Shown here piece by piece: positions 19,580 to 29,931 of a stretch of DNA of 64,000 nucleotides. This DNA comes from Limnochordia bacterium (GTDB taxonomy: Bacteria > Bacillota > Limnochordia > DTU080). The stretch spans positions 256,001 to 320,000 of the forward strand of contig JBMNJG010000005.1 of assembly GCA_050951545.1 (NCBI GenBank), in the 5' to 3' direction. The position numbers were made by a program, and so were the translations under genes. The notes under the pieces are model-generated. The model searched no databases. It saw only the letters and a program-made list of their open reading frames with translations, and was not told where the DNA came from. Each line of letters opens with the position of its first letter. Positions within the stretch are counted from its first letter, which is position 1.

Positions 19580-21310
19580 ATGGTGAAGCTCTCCTCCTAC
19601 CTCAAACCATACTGGAAAGCAGCTGTAGCTGCACCATTGCTGATGATGGTGGAAGTGATCATGGACCTCATGCAACCCACCTTGATGGCCACCATCGTGG
19701 ACGAAGGTGTCTTTGCCGGAGATGTCGCTTTGATTGCCCGTATGGGCGGCATGATGATCGGCGTAGCTCTGATAGGTGCTCTGGGAGGTATTGGCTGTAC
19801 CTACTTCTCGAGCCACGCCAGCATTGGCTTTGCCACCGACCTGCGTCAGGATCTCTTCGACAAGGTACAGTCATTCTCGTTTAGCAATCTGGACAACTTC
19901 GCGCCTGCATCGCTGATTACCCGACTGACAAACGACGTTACGCAGGTGCAGCACGTGGTGCTAGCCATGATGCGCATGCTTGTCCGCTCACCTTTGCTCT
20001 TTCTCGGAGGCACCTTGATGGCCATAAGCATTAACGCCAGACTGGCCATGATTATTCTCCTCGCCCTGCCGATCCTGAGCGTAGCCCTTTTCGTGGTGTT
20101 AACCAAGGGCTTTCCTCTCTTCGCCGCAGTCCAGACTAGACTCGATCGCGTCAATGAGGTGATGCAAGAGAATCTCGCCGGTGTGCGCGTCATCAAGGCT
20201 TTTGTCCGCGCCGACTATGAAAAGGACCGGTTTGCCGAAGCGAACGAGGGTCTGATGCGACACAGCGTGAAGGCCGGGCGGCTTATGGGCATCATGAACC
20301 CCATTATGATCCTCGTCATGAATTGCAGCATTGTCGCCGTCTTGTGGTTTGGCGGTAGGCAAGTGAACACGGGTAACATGCAAGTCGGGCAAGTGATGGC
20401 ATTTGTCACTTATATGAGCCGGATTCTCCACGCCCTGACAATGGCGGCCTTCTTTTTGATGAATATCTCGCGCGCCAAAGCCTCCGCTGACCGCCTTCGC
20501 GAGGTACTCAATACCGAGATAGACATCCGTGACAACCCCGGAGCCTCGACAGCACCTATTGAGCAGGGACGCGTGGTTTTCGAAGACGTCTCCTTCCGTT
20601 ACGAAGGAGCTAGCGGTCCTCCAGTGTTGAAGGGCATCTCCTTTTCCGCCGAACCCGGAGAGACCATAGCCATTCTGGGTTCCACAGGCTCCGGAAAATC
20701 CACCCTCGTGAATCTGATCCCGAGGTTCTACGAGGTGAGTCAAGGGCGAATCACCATCGACGGCACTGATATTCGCGATATTTCGTTAGCCACGCTGAGA
20801 GGCAGTATTGGCATGGTACTGCAGGAGTCGATCCTGTTTTCTGGTACGATTCGGGAAAACATCGGCTGGGGTGATGAGCAGGCCTCTGACGAAGAAGTAA
20901 TCGCCAGCGCGTCAGCAGCTCAGGCCCATTCCTTTATCAGTTCCTTCCCAGACGGTTACGAAGCCCAGGTTAGACAGGGCGGCGTCAATCTCTCTGGTGG
21001 GCAAAAACAGAGGCTGGCCATCGCTAGAGCGCTGCTCAAGAAACCGAAGATCCTGATACTCGATGACAGCACCAGTTCCGTCGACATGGGAACCGAAGCT
21101 CGTTTGCAGGCTGCATTGAGAGAACGGATGGCCGACTCCACGTGCTTTGTCATCGCTCAACGCATCAGCACCGTCCTCGATGCCGACCGAATCATCGTTC
21201 TCGAAGATGGTCAGATTGTGGGCATGGGCTCACACGAGGAACTGATTCGCTCATGCCATGTCTATCAGGATATCTATCATTCCCAGTTGGGCCGAGAGGA
21301 GGCCGTCTGA
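19580..21310 (+). CDS. Heterodimeric multidrug ABC exporter, subunit A (TMD+NBD; degenerate site)
   Basis: Six TM segments; GSTGSGKS, LSGGQKQRL, ILDDSTS (degenerate Walker B), IAQR (degenerate H-loop); YfiB/TM287-like. Confidence 0.93.
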   Translation: MVKLSSYLKPYWKAAVAAPLLMMVEVIMDLMQPTLMATIVDEGVFAGDVALIARMGGMMIGVALIGALGGIGCTYFSSHASIGFATDLRQDLFDKVQSFSFSNLDNFAPASLITRLTNDVTQVQHVVLAMMRMLVRSPLLFLGGTLMAISINARLAMIILLALPILSVALFVVLTKGFPLFAAVQTRLDRVNEVMQENLAGVRVIKAFVRADYEKDRFAEANEGLMRHSVKAGRLMGIMNPIMILVMNCSIVAVLWFGGRQVNTGNMQVGQVMAFVTYMSRILHALTMAAFFLMNISRAKASADRLREVLNTEIDIRDNPGASTAPIEQGRVVFEDVSFRYEGASGPPVLKGISFSAEPGETIAILGSTGSGKSTLVNLIPRFYEVSQGRITIDGTDIRDISLATLRGSIGMVLQESILFSGTIRENIGWGDEQASDEEVIASASAAQAHSFISSFPDGYEAQVRQGGVNLSGGQKQRLAIARALLKKPKILILDDSTSSVDMGTEARLQAALRERMADSTCFVIAQRISTVLDADRIIVLEDGQIVGMGSHEELIRSCHVYQDIYHSQLGREEAV

Positions 21311-21311
21311 T

Positions 21312-23210
21312 ATGGCAAACCGCAGTGATGACCGCCGACCTTCATACGGTTCAGACAAGTATGCGCCCGTCCGTCCTGGTGGCCCAGGTCGGCCCGGTCG
21401 ACATGGCAGAGGCCCCATGGGAATGATGGGACCCAAAGAGAAACCCAAAGACGCTCGGGGAACGTTGCGTCGCTTGTGGCACTACCTCGGCAGGCAGAAA
21501 TGGGCCCTACTGCTCTCTTTCTTCTTAGTCCTGGGCAGCTCGCTTGTCAGTTTGATCAGCCCCCTGTTCATTGGACGAGCCATTGACGCACTTGTTCTCG
21601 GGCCAGGAGCTGTAGACTTTGGCCGCCTGAGGTCCATCATCTCCACGATGCTCGTCATCTATGCGATCAGTGCTAGCTCCTCGTGGCTGCAGAACTACGT
21701 GATGGTCGGCATCTCACAGCGCACCGTGCATGATCTACGCCACGACCTCTTTGACAAGCTGCAGAGACTACCACTTCGCTTCTTCGATCGCCATACGCAC
21801 GGTGAAGTAATGAGCCGACTGGCCAACGACGTAGAGAACGTCAGCAATACCCTCACTTCGAGCACTACGCAGGTGTTCTCGAGCATCATTTCGGTCACTG
21901 GTTCGCTCACAGCCATGATCCTTCTCAGCCCGCTGCTCACGATGCTCAGTATGGTCACAATACCTCTGGGGATCTTCTTGACACGTCTGATCATCAAAAG
22001 AACGCGAGAGTTCTTTCTTGGCCAACAGCGAGAGCTTGGCAATCTCAACGGCTACATCGAGGAAATGGTGACTGGCCACAAGGTGGTGAAGGCGTTTGTC
22101 CGAGAACCGGAGACGAGCTCTTGTTTTCAAGAGATCAACACACGGCTGAAGAACTCCAGCATCAAAGCCCAAGTCTTCTCTGGGATCATCCCACCTCTGA
22201 TGAACGTCATGAATAACCTCTCCTTCGCCCTGGTCGCCGGGGCGGGAGGTTGGCTGGCAGTGCAACAGAGAATCACTATCGGGGTGATTGCTAGCTTCCT
22301 CAACTACTCCAGGCAGTTCGCCAGACCAATCAACGGCATCGCCAACCAGATCAACATGCTACAAGCGGCGCTGGCTGGAGCAGAGAGAGTCTTTGAGATC
22401 ATGGATGAGCCTGACGAGATGCCCGACGTTCCTGAGGCAGTAACGCCTGAGGTGCAAGGTGATGTGCGCTTTGACGACGTTTCGTTTGGCTATGTACCCG
22501 ACGTGCCTGTGCTCAAAGAGATCACCTTGCACGCCCAGCCAGGACAGACGATTGCTCTGGTAGGCCCAACTGGTGCGGGCAAGACCACTGTCGTCAACTT
22601 GCTCATGCGCTTTTACGATGTCGACTCGGGCTCTGTGGCAATAGATGAACATGACATTCGTAACCTCAAAAAAGACGGGTTGCGCCAATCGCTAGGTATG
22701 GTCCTGCAAGATACCTACCTTTTCTCTGGCACTGTCAGGGAAAACATCCGTTACGGGCGACTGGATGCTACAGATGAGGAAATCGAGGCCGCCGCCAAGA
22801 TGGCTAATGCGGATCCTTTTATCCAGCGGCTACCCGACGGCTATGACACGGCGCTTACGTCTGACGGTGGAAATCTGAGTCAGGGGCAACGACAGCTACT
22901 GACCATTGCTCGCGCCATTCTGGCTGACCCGGCGATTCTTATCCTGGATGAAGCTACAAGCAGTGTTGATACACGCACCGAGGCACACATCCAAAGAGCT
23001 ATGCTCTCTTTGATGGAAGGCCGTACAACCTTCGTCATCGCCCATCGCCTCTCAACTATCCGAGAAGCAGACGAGATACTGGTGATCAACGGTGGCCGAA
23101 TCATCGAACGCGGTACGCATGATGAACTACTGGCAGCACGCGGTTTCTACTACGAGCTCCACAACACCCAGTTCACGCGCCGTAGCCAGCTGAATCAGGG
23201 CATCGCCTAG
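21312..23210 (+). CDS. Heterodimeric multidrug ABC exporter, subunit B (TMD+NBD)
   Basis: GPTGAGKT, LSQGQRQLL, ILDEATSSVD, IAHRLSTI; Gly/Pro-rich N-terminus; YfiC/TM288-like. Confidence 0.93.
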   Translation: MANRSDDRRPSYGSDKYAPVRPGGPGRPGRHGRGPMGMMGPKEKPKDARGTLRRLWHYLGRQKWALLLSFFLVLGSSLVSLISPLFIGRAIDALVLGPGAVDFGRLRSIISTMLVIYAISASSSWLQNYVMVGISQRTVHDLRHDLFDKLQRLPLRFFDRHTHGEVMSRLANDVENVSNTLTSSTTQVFSSIISVTGSLTAMILLSPLLTMLSMVTIPLGIFLTRLIIKRTREFFLGQQRELGNLNGYIEEMVTGHKVVKAFVREPETSSCFQEINTRLKNSSIKAQVFSGIIPPLMNVMNNLSFALVAGAGGWLAVQQRITIGVIASFLNYSRQFARPINGIANQINMLQAALAGAERVFEIMDEPDEMPDVPEAVTPEVQGDVRFDDVSFGYVPDVPVLKEITLHAQPGQTIALVGPTGAGKTTVVNLLMRFYDVDSGSVAIDEHDIRNLKKDGLRQSLGMVLQDTYLFSGTVRENIRYGRLDATDEEIEAAAKMANADPFIQRLPDGYDTALTSDGGNLSQGQRQLLTIARAILADPAILILDEATSSVDTRTEAHIQRAMLSLMEGRTTFVIAHRLSTIREADEILVINGGRIIERGTHDELLAARGFYYELHNTQFTRRSQLNQGIA

Positions 23211-23289
23211 TTCGACTTCAAGCGGTCGGGCAGGCAAACGGGCCCGACCTCTAACAGAACACGGGTCGAGGCTGCCCCCTCTTTCCAGT

Positions 23290-23321
23290 AGCACAGCACT
23301 GCCAGCTTGCGGTGCTGTGCT
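23290..23321. terminator. Stem-loop downstream of the ABC operon
   Basis: AGCACAGCACTGC-CAGCTT-GCGGTGCTGTGCT. Confidence 0.5.
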
Positions 23322-23513
23322 CAGTTGCTTATCATGTGGCCCTAGGTGCTGACGAAACACTGCAAGATCTGTTAAGCTACTAGCGAGACGATGGAGAGTT
23401 GTCGAGGCGGCTGCGGCAGGTGTTCGCCGCAACGTATACCATCGGTGGATGAAAATCGCGGGCCGCCGACATGCCCGCACAGCATAGCACGATGTTCTAG
23501 GGAGTGAAGAGTT

Positions 23514-23909
23514 TTGGCACGTCCTTCTATACCGCGTCATATAGGCTTCGTTCCCGGGGTGGTCTTTTTCAAGCCAGCGGGAGTTCGCCTGCGCGACATC
23601 GAGGTAGTCCTGCTCGGCCTCGAAGAGCTAGAGGCCTTGCGCCTAAAAGACGGGAAAGGCTTCGACCAAGAGACATGCGCTCAACACATGCGAGTCTCCC
23701 GTCCTACCTTTCAGCGCATTTTGCAGGGCGCTCGCCGCAAAGTGGCAATTGCCTTGACCCAGGGGAAGGCCATTCGGGTGGAGGGTTCCATCTACCATCC
23801 GCAAGCTGATCTGGCTGCCGACGAACTAGAGATTCATGCCATGAAAGACGGTGTGTGTCCACATTGCGACACAGGAGCCCATGCCGAGCCGGACGAAGAT
23901 GATGAATGA
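23514..23909 (+). CDS. DUF134 domain DNA-binding protein
   Basis: MARP...FKPAGV...EELEALRLKD...QETCAQHMRVSRPTFQRILQGARRKVAIALTQGKAIRVEG; GGGAG RBS before TTG. Confidence 0.9.
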   Translation: MARPSIPRHIGFVPGVVFFKPAGVRLRDIEVVLLGLEELEALRLKDGKGFDQETCAQHMRVSRPTFQRILQGARRKVAIALTQGKAIRVEGSIYHPQADLAADELEIHAMKDGVCPHCDTGAHAEPDEDDE

Positions 23910-23950
23910 TCTATATGCCCGTAGCTAATCCGTAGAGAGCGAGGCCTGCT

Positions 23951-24628
23951 GTGCAACCGCAGATAAGCACTCTGTCCGCAGACCGATCGCTAGGTCGGGC
24001 TTTCCGTGTGTCACTTGATCTCCTGCTAGTCGGACTGGGCCTGGCCTGCCTTGCGCTGGGTACAGCTGTCACCGTGAGCACACCGTGGGGTGCCAAACCA
24101 TGGGATGTCTTTCACCTAGGTCTGGTCGCGCTAACCGGGCTCTCCATGGGGCGCATTTCGCAGCTGGTGAGCGTAGTTGCCGTAGCCCTTGCTCTCTTGC
24201 TGCGTGGGAAGACCATCACCTGGGTTACGCTGGTCAATGCCGTAGTGGTAGGCTTCCTGGTAGATGTCTTCTTGCCATTCATGCCCTACGTTACCGGAAT
24301 TCCTGGCCTGCTCTTCTTGGAACTCGGTGTGATCATCTCCGGAGTGGGTATGGGCCTTTACCTGGCTCCCGAGTACGGGGCCGGACCCAGAGACTCGCTG
24401 CTGCTAGCGATTGTCCGTCTGAGTGGCCTCTCGTTGTCATCTGCATGTGTGATTCAAGATCTGCTGGTGGTGGCCACGGGCTTCCTATTGGGCGGCCCTG
24501 TCGGCCTGGGCACCCTCGTGGCCGCTGTCACATCAGGTCCGTGGGTCGGGTTCTTTGTCGCCCGCATACGCGCAGCCAGGGAGAAAGTGACAGGCGACCA
24601 TCAGCGCCCAGGGTCCTGCAAAGCCTGA
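23951..24628 (+). CDS. YczE/YyaS/YitT family membrane protein
   Basis: GAKPWDVFHLGL, YGAGPRDSL, GFLLGGPVGLGT. Confidence 0.85.
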   Translation: MQPQISTLSADRSLGRAFRVSLDLLLVGLGLACLALGTAVTVSTPWGAKPWDVFHLGLVALTGLSMGRISQLVSVVAVALALLLRGKTITWVTLVNAVVVGFLVDVFLPFMPYVTGIPGLLFLELGVIISGVGMGLYLAPEYGAGPRDSLLLAIVRLSGLSLSSACVIQDLLVVATGFLLGGPVGLGTLVAAVTSGPWVGFFVARIRAAREKVTGDHQRPGSCKA

Positions 24629-25086
24629 ACAAACTCAGCGGCCGCCTTCTCGCTATATCGAGAAGCGCTTTTGCTTACTTTGCCCACCAGCCTGGTAATC
24701 AGCCTCTCGATGAAGCTCATCGTGGTCAAGTCCATCTCCCCGCCAAAAGCGGCCTTTGCCTTCGCCGCGTCAAGCAACTCCAGCGGATACGCAGCTTGCA
24801 GCTGCTTTTGTGCCTCCTCACCTTCGTGCCAGCAGCAGATGAAAAGACCCAGGCGCTTCTGCTTGAGCTCCTCGATATTCGCCAGGCAGAACTCCCGCAG
24901 TGCCGCGCTTACATGACCGAAGTATATGGCGCCGCCTACAATCACTGTGCCGAAAGGAGAGATATCGATGGCTGGCTCTTGCCGCAGATCTGCGAGAGCC
25001 ACCTCTCCAGGGAGCACCCGAGCCAGGGCCTCGGCATGGCGCAGCGTAGTCCCATGCCGCGTGGAATAGGCAATGAGCGTTCGCAT
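24601..25086 (-). CDS. Flavodoxin-domain protein (HemG/Flavodoxin_5-like)
   Basis: MRTLIAYSTRHGTT, VIVGGAIYFG, LGLFICC, AFGGEMD...SFIERLI; AAGGAG RBS before ATG 25086. Confidence 0.85.
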   Translation of the reverse strand: MRTLIAYSTRHGTTLRHAEALARVLPGEVALADLRQEPAIDISPFGTVIVGGAIYFGHVSAALREFCLANIEELKQKRLGLFICCWHEGEEAQKQLQAAYPLELLDAAKAKAAFGGEMDLTTMSFIERLITRLVGKVSKSASRYSEKAAAEFVQALQDPGR

Positions 25087-25215
25087 GTCATAGCTCCTTT
25101 TGACAGCATCTGTGTTCGACATAGATTCGACTGGTACCCTGTGGTACCTGCCTTGGGGCCAGAGGGAAAGCGTCATCGCTGCAGAATACCCCACCTGAGA
25201 AATGGGGGTCGAAAA

Positions 25216-26181
25216 GTGAAATTCCGCGCTTTGGGCAACACTGGCATGCAGGTGTCTGAGATCGGGCTGGGAGCTTGGCAAATAGGGGGACCTGTACGCG
25301 GCTACTTCGAGAAGCTAGGCTGGATCGCCCACGGCTGGGGCTCCGTCGATGATGCTGCCTCCATCAGGATGATGCACACGTTGGCTGATGTCGGCGTCAA
25401 TTTCGTTGATACTGCTGCCGTCTATGGCGCTGGCCACAGCGAAGAGGTTGTGGGTCAAGCAGTGAAAGGCAAGCGTCAGCAATGGATTATCGAGACGAAG
25501 GGCGGCGAGGGCTTTCACCAAGACGGTGTCAACTGGCGGGACTTCTCCCGGGCCAAACTGCTTAGCGAAATCGACGGAAGCCTGAGCAGACTAGGCACCG
25601 ATTACGTCGACGTTTATCTTTTGCATTCGCCCAGTGATGCCATATTCTGCCAAGGGGAGTGCCTCGAGGCTCTTGCGGAGATCAAGCAATCTGGCAAAGC
25701 GCGTTTCGTCGGTGCCTCGGTCTCCGGCAGCCAGGTGCCGTTTTGTGTGCAAACTGGGATCATGGACGTACTTCAGGTCCATGTCAACATTCTGAGCCCA
25801 GCGAGCACGGCTGAGAACCTGGCTCTGGCTGGAGACGCCGGCATAGGCATCGTCGCTCGAGGCGCCTTTGGCTCGGGGTTCTTTACAGGAAGCATCGATG
25901 CCACTACCGCGTTTTCGGAAAACGACCGGCGCAGCTGGCAGTCTGAACAGAGCAAGATAAGGTCAGCGACTGTTGCTCGTGCCTTTCAGTTTCTGGAGAT
26001 CCCTGGTCGCAGCCTGACCCAGAGCTATCTGCGCTACCTGCTTGCGCTCAAGGGTGTCTCCACGGTGATCGTCGGTTCGATGAACCTGCAACACATGCTA
26101 GAGAATGCTGCGACCCCCGACACTCCATTACTCACGCAACACGAACTGACGCGCATCGATGAGGTGCGATCCGTCCTGTGA
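25216..26181 (+). CDS. Aldo/keto reductase
   Basis: Starts at GTG 25216 (KFRALGNTGMQVSEIGLGAW); NFVDTAAVYGAGHSE, ETKGG, SLSRLGTDYVDVYLLHSP, GKARFVGAS. Confidence 0.92.
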   Translation: MKFRALGNTGMQVSEIGLGAWQIGGPVRGYFEKLGWIAHGWGSVDDAASIRMMHTLADVGVNFVDTAAVYGAGHSEEVVGQAVKGKRQQWIIETKGGEGFHQDGVNWRDFSRAKLLSEIDGSLSRLGTDYVDVYLLHSPSDAIFCQGECLEALAEIKQSGKARFVGASVSGSQVPFCVQTGIMDVLQVHVNILSPASTAENLALAGDAGIGIVARGAFGSGFFTGSIDATTAFSENDRRSWQSEQSKIRSATVARAFQFLEIPGRSLTQSYLRYLLALKGVSTVIVGSMNLQHMLENAATPDTPLLTQHELTRIDEVRSVL

Positions 26182-27557
26182 GGGCCTTCTCGTCTCTCCG
26201 TCGGCCTGAGTTCGCACCTGGGCATCAGGGGAGAGATAGGCGTAGTCGACACCTGTTACGTAGGCTAGATCCTTTTCTAATGCCACCAGATCGCTCCGAT
26301 CGAGCTGAGAGGTGGCGTTTTTGCCTAAGGCCATCACGACGTGTTTCATGTCAGCCACGGCTGATTTCAGATAGTTGGTCAGATTTCGGACCCCTGCCTC
26401 TACGTCGAAACGCTCCTTCAGCTGTCCTGAGTAGAGCACCAGCTCTGTGGGGGGCTCCCAAGGGACCGCCTTACTCATCTGCTCTGATACCAGCGCCAGC
26501 ACGGCCACTGTCCCGACGTAGATCAGCATCGGCCCCCAAGGCTAGGGCTTTCAGCATCTGTCCTGGTGTGCGCAGCCCTCCTGCAGCGATGATGCTCATC
26601 TGGTCTCCGAACACCAGCCTGCTCACAGTAGCGTACGCCGCGTGCGAGAGCAACGAGAGTCGGTAGCCCGACATCGTCCTGAAGCGTCGTCGAGCCACCG
26701 TGAGTACCTCCCTCGTGACCGTCGATAGTGACGAAATCCACGCCAGCTCTGATGGCGACCTCCAGCTCTCGCTCGAGATGATGTGTAGCGCATAGTTTCA
26801 GACCAACTGGCACGCCTCCTGCCTCTTCCCGCAGACGGGGTACCAGGGCCATGAAATCCTCAACGCAATTGACGCCTGACAGGCGCGTATGGATGACCGC
26901 ATCTTCTCCAGCCTTGAGCCCAAAGACCTCTCGAAAATCCTGGCCGATATCCCCGGCGAGTGTGCTCTGAGGAGTCGCCGCCTGCGCTCCCTGACCCAAC
27001 TGTATCTCGACGGCATCCAGTTGGCGCAGCTTCTCCGGAGAGTTCATCCAGCCACCTCGATTGTACTGACCAATGAAGTGCGCGGCAGCCTCACGCTCCG
27101 ATGGCAGCAACCCGGCTTCTCCAGAGTTGGTTGCCGTGTCCATCAGCGTGGCAGCCTTTGCCAAGGCCACCTTGGCGGCTTCGCTGAGCGCCCCGCCAAA
27201 AGACATTCCCGCGATTAGGATGGGAATGCCCAGCCTTAGCGGTTTCTGCGCGGCTGGTCCGATGACTACCGCAGTGTCGATGGAACTGGTCTCCTGTGTG
27301 GGGAACCGCCATAGATGCACAGGGTTAAACAGAAGCTTGTCCCACGCAGACAAAGGGATGATGCTACCGAAAGGCCGCTGGAGAGGCTTTCCTTGCTCGG
27401 CCCGCAACGCCGTCTCGACGACATTAGTCAGCCCCTCTTTTTGCGTGGTCGAGACAAGCTCGTAAAGATTCTCTGTATAGCGCTCGTTGACCAGAGTCCG
27501 CAAGAAAGAGTCAACCATCGCATCCGCCACTCGACGACTCAACCAAGAGAAAACCAT
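26128..27557 (-). pseudogene. FMN-binding glutamate synthase family protein, split by two +1 frameshifts (about 26607 and 26525)
   Basis: Three frames join: ...IAGMSFGGALS..TNSGEAG..EIQLGQGA..VGLKL..DGHEGGT..DVGLPT..GVR | DQMSIIAAGGLRTPGQMLKALALGADA | IYVGTVAVLAL...; may be a consensus artefact. Confidence 0.85.
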
Positions 27558-27681
27558 CCGACATCCCCCACCGCTTTTTGCTTAGCTTGCACATAGAGCT
27601 CTTCCCCTAACCCAAACGACACTCCCTCGGATCCTGCCCGTCGGGAGGATTTCGTCGCCACCGTGTCAAAAATACGTATCC

Positions 27682-29931
27682 ATGTCGAGGAAACGTAAAC
27701 GCAACCCAAGACCTCAGGCAGCACCTAAGGCACCCCGCTCCGCGTCTCGGCGCGATGCGGCGACCGTCGGCGCCTCCGGCTCGGATCCGACAGCGATCCT
27801 TCTCGAGGCACGCACTGCCTTCTCCCAGCAGAAATGGTCGAGCGTTGTGACATGCTCTCACCGCGCGCAACCGCGATTGTCAGCACTGGCCGAGCCAGAA
27901 AAAGCGGCCTGGGCGAAGCTGGTAGCAGAAGCCCATTTCCGCCTCGCCCTAGACTTCCTCAAGCGCGGACGCTTCAGGGCTGTCGTGGCAGAGCTCGAGA
28001 AGGCGCTCAACTGGCTCCCAGAAGACGGCATCTACCTCTACCACTTAGGCCTAGCCCATCATCGCCTCGGCCACTGGTCTGAAGCCTTGGAGGCGTACGA
28101 GCGGGCCTGGCAAGCGGAACCTTCCTGGCGAGTCGCCTACCACTATGCGCTGGTTGTCCTTCAGGCTGGCGAACGTATCTCGCGCGATCTGTGGGCCGCA
28201 GCACATAGGCGGCTAGTAGCTGCAGCACCCCCCAGCGCTGCGGCTCAGACGGCTATTGCTCGATTTGAGATGTGGAAACAGTTCTCCGAGGAACAAGCCC
28301 AAGGCGTTCAGTTAACGCCCTGGTGGCACGGCAGGGCCATTCCCGCCGCATTACGCGCCGAAGCTGGCTTCTTCAGCTTAGCAGTGGGCGATGCGGACGG
28401 GGCCGCTGCCGCATTCAAGAAGGCCGAAGAGCTATACGCTGCGGATCCTGCTGAGCAAGCCATAGACGACCATCAGCAGCGAATGGTCACCGCGGCGGCA
28501 CTCCTGGCGGCAACCGTGCGGGGGAAAGGGCGAAGTGTCTCGCGCACAGTCCAACAGGCGTCTTCCTCGCCTGCCCCCACTGGCCGAACACCGGACAGCC
28601 CTATTGAGACTCAGACTCTCTCATTTCTGGCCTGGGCCCTCTGGCGTAGTGGTTGGCTCTTGTGGCAGGGTGAACAGATCCGGTTCGCCGCACAGGCCTG
28701 GGAAGCAGCCAGGCGGGTTGCCCCGGACAACTACGCGATACATCATGCCCTGGCCTTGACCTACGAACGCTGCCACGAGGAAGCCGCCCTGGAGGCTTGG
28801 GAGGCCTTCGCCAACGCTATCTCGAACACCCGAAGCACCAATCCTGAGGAAAGGGCCTGGAACGCCCAAATGGCTACTCAGATCCACCTTCATCTCTGCC
28901 GACTGGCCATGCAGTGGCATATACCGCCCTTTGAGGCATGGTTCTCAGGCGCCCTACGCGGCGGTGTTCTTGATAGCCCAGAGCGCCTGGAGCTAGCCGA
29001 AATAGCTGCCACTGTCGGCGCTGAGCACATCGTCCGGCAGGCGTTGCAGCCTCTACGCAGACAGCTCGACGACGATCCAGAGCTCGCCCGCCGTGTAGCC
29101 CGCCTCTACGCAGTTGCGGAGATGCCCGGAGAGGCGAACCGGATCTGGGAAAGCCTGCGTCAGTCTTTTCCAGATGACACAGAGGCGGCTGCGGCCCTGG
29201 CCGACGCGTACTACGCCAAGGGCCTGGCAGCCATGAGTGGGAAGGGTAGGACACGCAAGGACCGGGCGCTACAGGCCTTCGAAGAGGCCCTGAGCTGCGA
29301 CCCTGGGCACGTGCCTGCCTTAGTGGCCGTGGCTGCTTGGCATAGCATGCACGGGGACTCCTCCGTATACGAGCAGTACCTGACGGAGGCCCTCGCTCTG
29401 TGCGAGGACCCCGGACAACTGATGGGGATTGCCGATGCCCTACTGGATTTCGGGCTGTTCGAGCAAGCAGCGGCCCTGCTTGAGCGGATGCTACAGCAAA
29501 GACCATCAGCACAGCTCCTGGGCCAGTTAGGCATCATCTACGTAGCGCATGACCGCGAGGACGAAGGGTTTGCACGCCTTGAACAGGCATGCAAAGAGGC
29601 TCATTACGACCTGGAGCTTTGTCTCGCCCTCGTTAGCGACCTTTCTAGCACCTGTGGGCCTAACGCGGCAGAGAAACTGGCCGTGAACCTGCTGTGGCAC
29701 CGCCCCAACTCCGCCGAGCTCTACCTTATGCTGGCCGCGTTATCTCATGTTCAGAATGACCTGCCGAAAGCTGAGCGCTATCTTAAGGAAGCCGACAGAC
29801 TAACCCGAAAAACGGGTGATACGCTGTTGCAGGAGGAAGTCGCAGCGATGAGAAACATCATCACACGGCCTCTACCGGCGAGGTTGGGCGAGCTCTTCGG
29901 GGAGGACTTTTCAGATGACGAGATCTGGTAA
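27682..29931 (+). CDS. Large tetratricopeptide-repeat (TPR) protein
   Basis: Repeated TPR patterns (AHFRLALDFLKRGRFRAVVAELEKALNWLPED; YLYHLGLAHHRLGHWSEALEAYERAWQAEP; ALQAFEEALSCDPGH; LYLMLAALSHVQNDLPKAERYLKEA). Confidence 0.85.
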   Translation: MSRKRKRNPRPQAAPKAPRSASRRDAATVGASGSDPTAILLEARTAFSQQKWSSVVTCSHRAQPRLSALAEPEKAAWAKLVAEAHFRLALDFLKRGRFRAVVAELEKALNWLPEDGIYLYHLGLAHHRLGHWSEALEAYERAWQAEPSWRVAYHYALVVLQAGERISRDLWAAAHRRLVAAAPPSAAAQTAIARFEMWKQFSEEQAQGVQLTPWWHGRAIPAALRAEAGFFSLAVGDADGAAAAFKKAEELYAADPAEQAIDDHQQRMVTAAALLAATVRGKGRSVSRTVQQASSSPAPTGRTPDSPIETQTLSFLAWALWRSGWLLWQGEQIRFAAQAWEAARRVAPDNYAIHHALALTYERCHEEAALEAWEAFANAISNTRSTNPEERAWNAQMATQIHLHLCRLAMQWHIPPFEAWFSGALRGGVLDSPERLELAEIAATVGAEHIVRQALQPLRRQLDDDPELARRVARLYAVAEMPGEANRIWESLRQSFPDDTEAAAALADAYYAKGLAAMSGKGRTRKDRALQAFEEALSCDPGHVPALVAVAAWHSMHGDSSVYEQYLTEALALCEDPGQLMGIADALLDFGLFEQAAALLERMLQQRPSAQLLGQLGIIYVAHDREDEGFARLEQACKEAHYDLELCLALVSDLSSTCGPNAAEKLAVNLLWHRPNSAELYLMLAALSHVQNDLPKAERYLKEADRLTRKTGDTLLQEEVAAMRNIITRPLPARLGELFGEDFSDDEIW

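Noticed and set aside
21365-21440. Gly/Pro-rich low-complexity stretch as a repeat element
   Set aside because: It is the usual disordered N-terminus of YfiC/TM288-type ABC subunits.
23240-23276. GGCAAAC...TCTAA...GCTGCC resembling a c-di-GMP-I riboswitch
   Set aside because: Too short, and lacks the GNRA-capped P2 hairpin and GCAAA junction. An Infernal search with the c-di-GMP-I model would settle it.
24085-25215. 377-codon N-terminal extension making a 698-aa aldo/keto reductase
   Set aside because: It overlaps the YczE gene out of frame and the flavodoxin gene antisense, and has no recognisable motifs. The AKR has its own promoter, RBS and GTG start at 25216.
27583-27612. GGTTA-N15-GTGCAAGCTA on the minus strand, resembling a SigF/SigG promoter for the glutamate-synthase-like gene
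   Set aside because: Several mismatches to consensus and a single instance; not supportable by eye.
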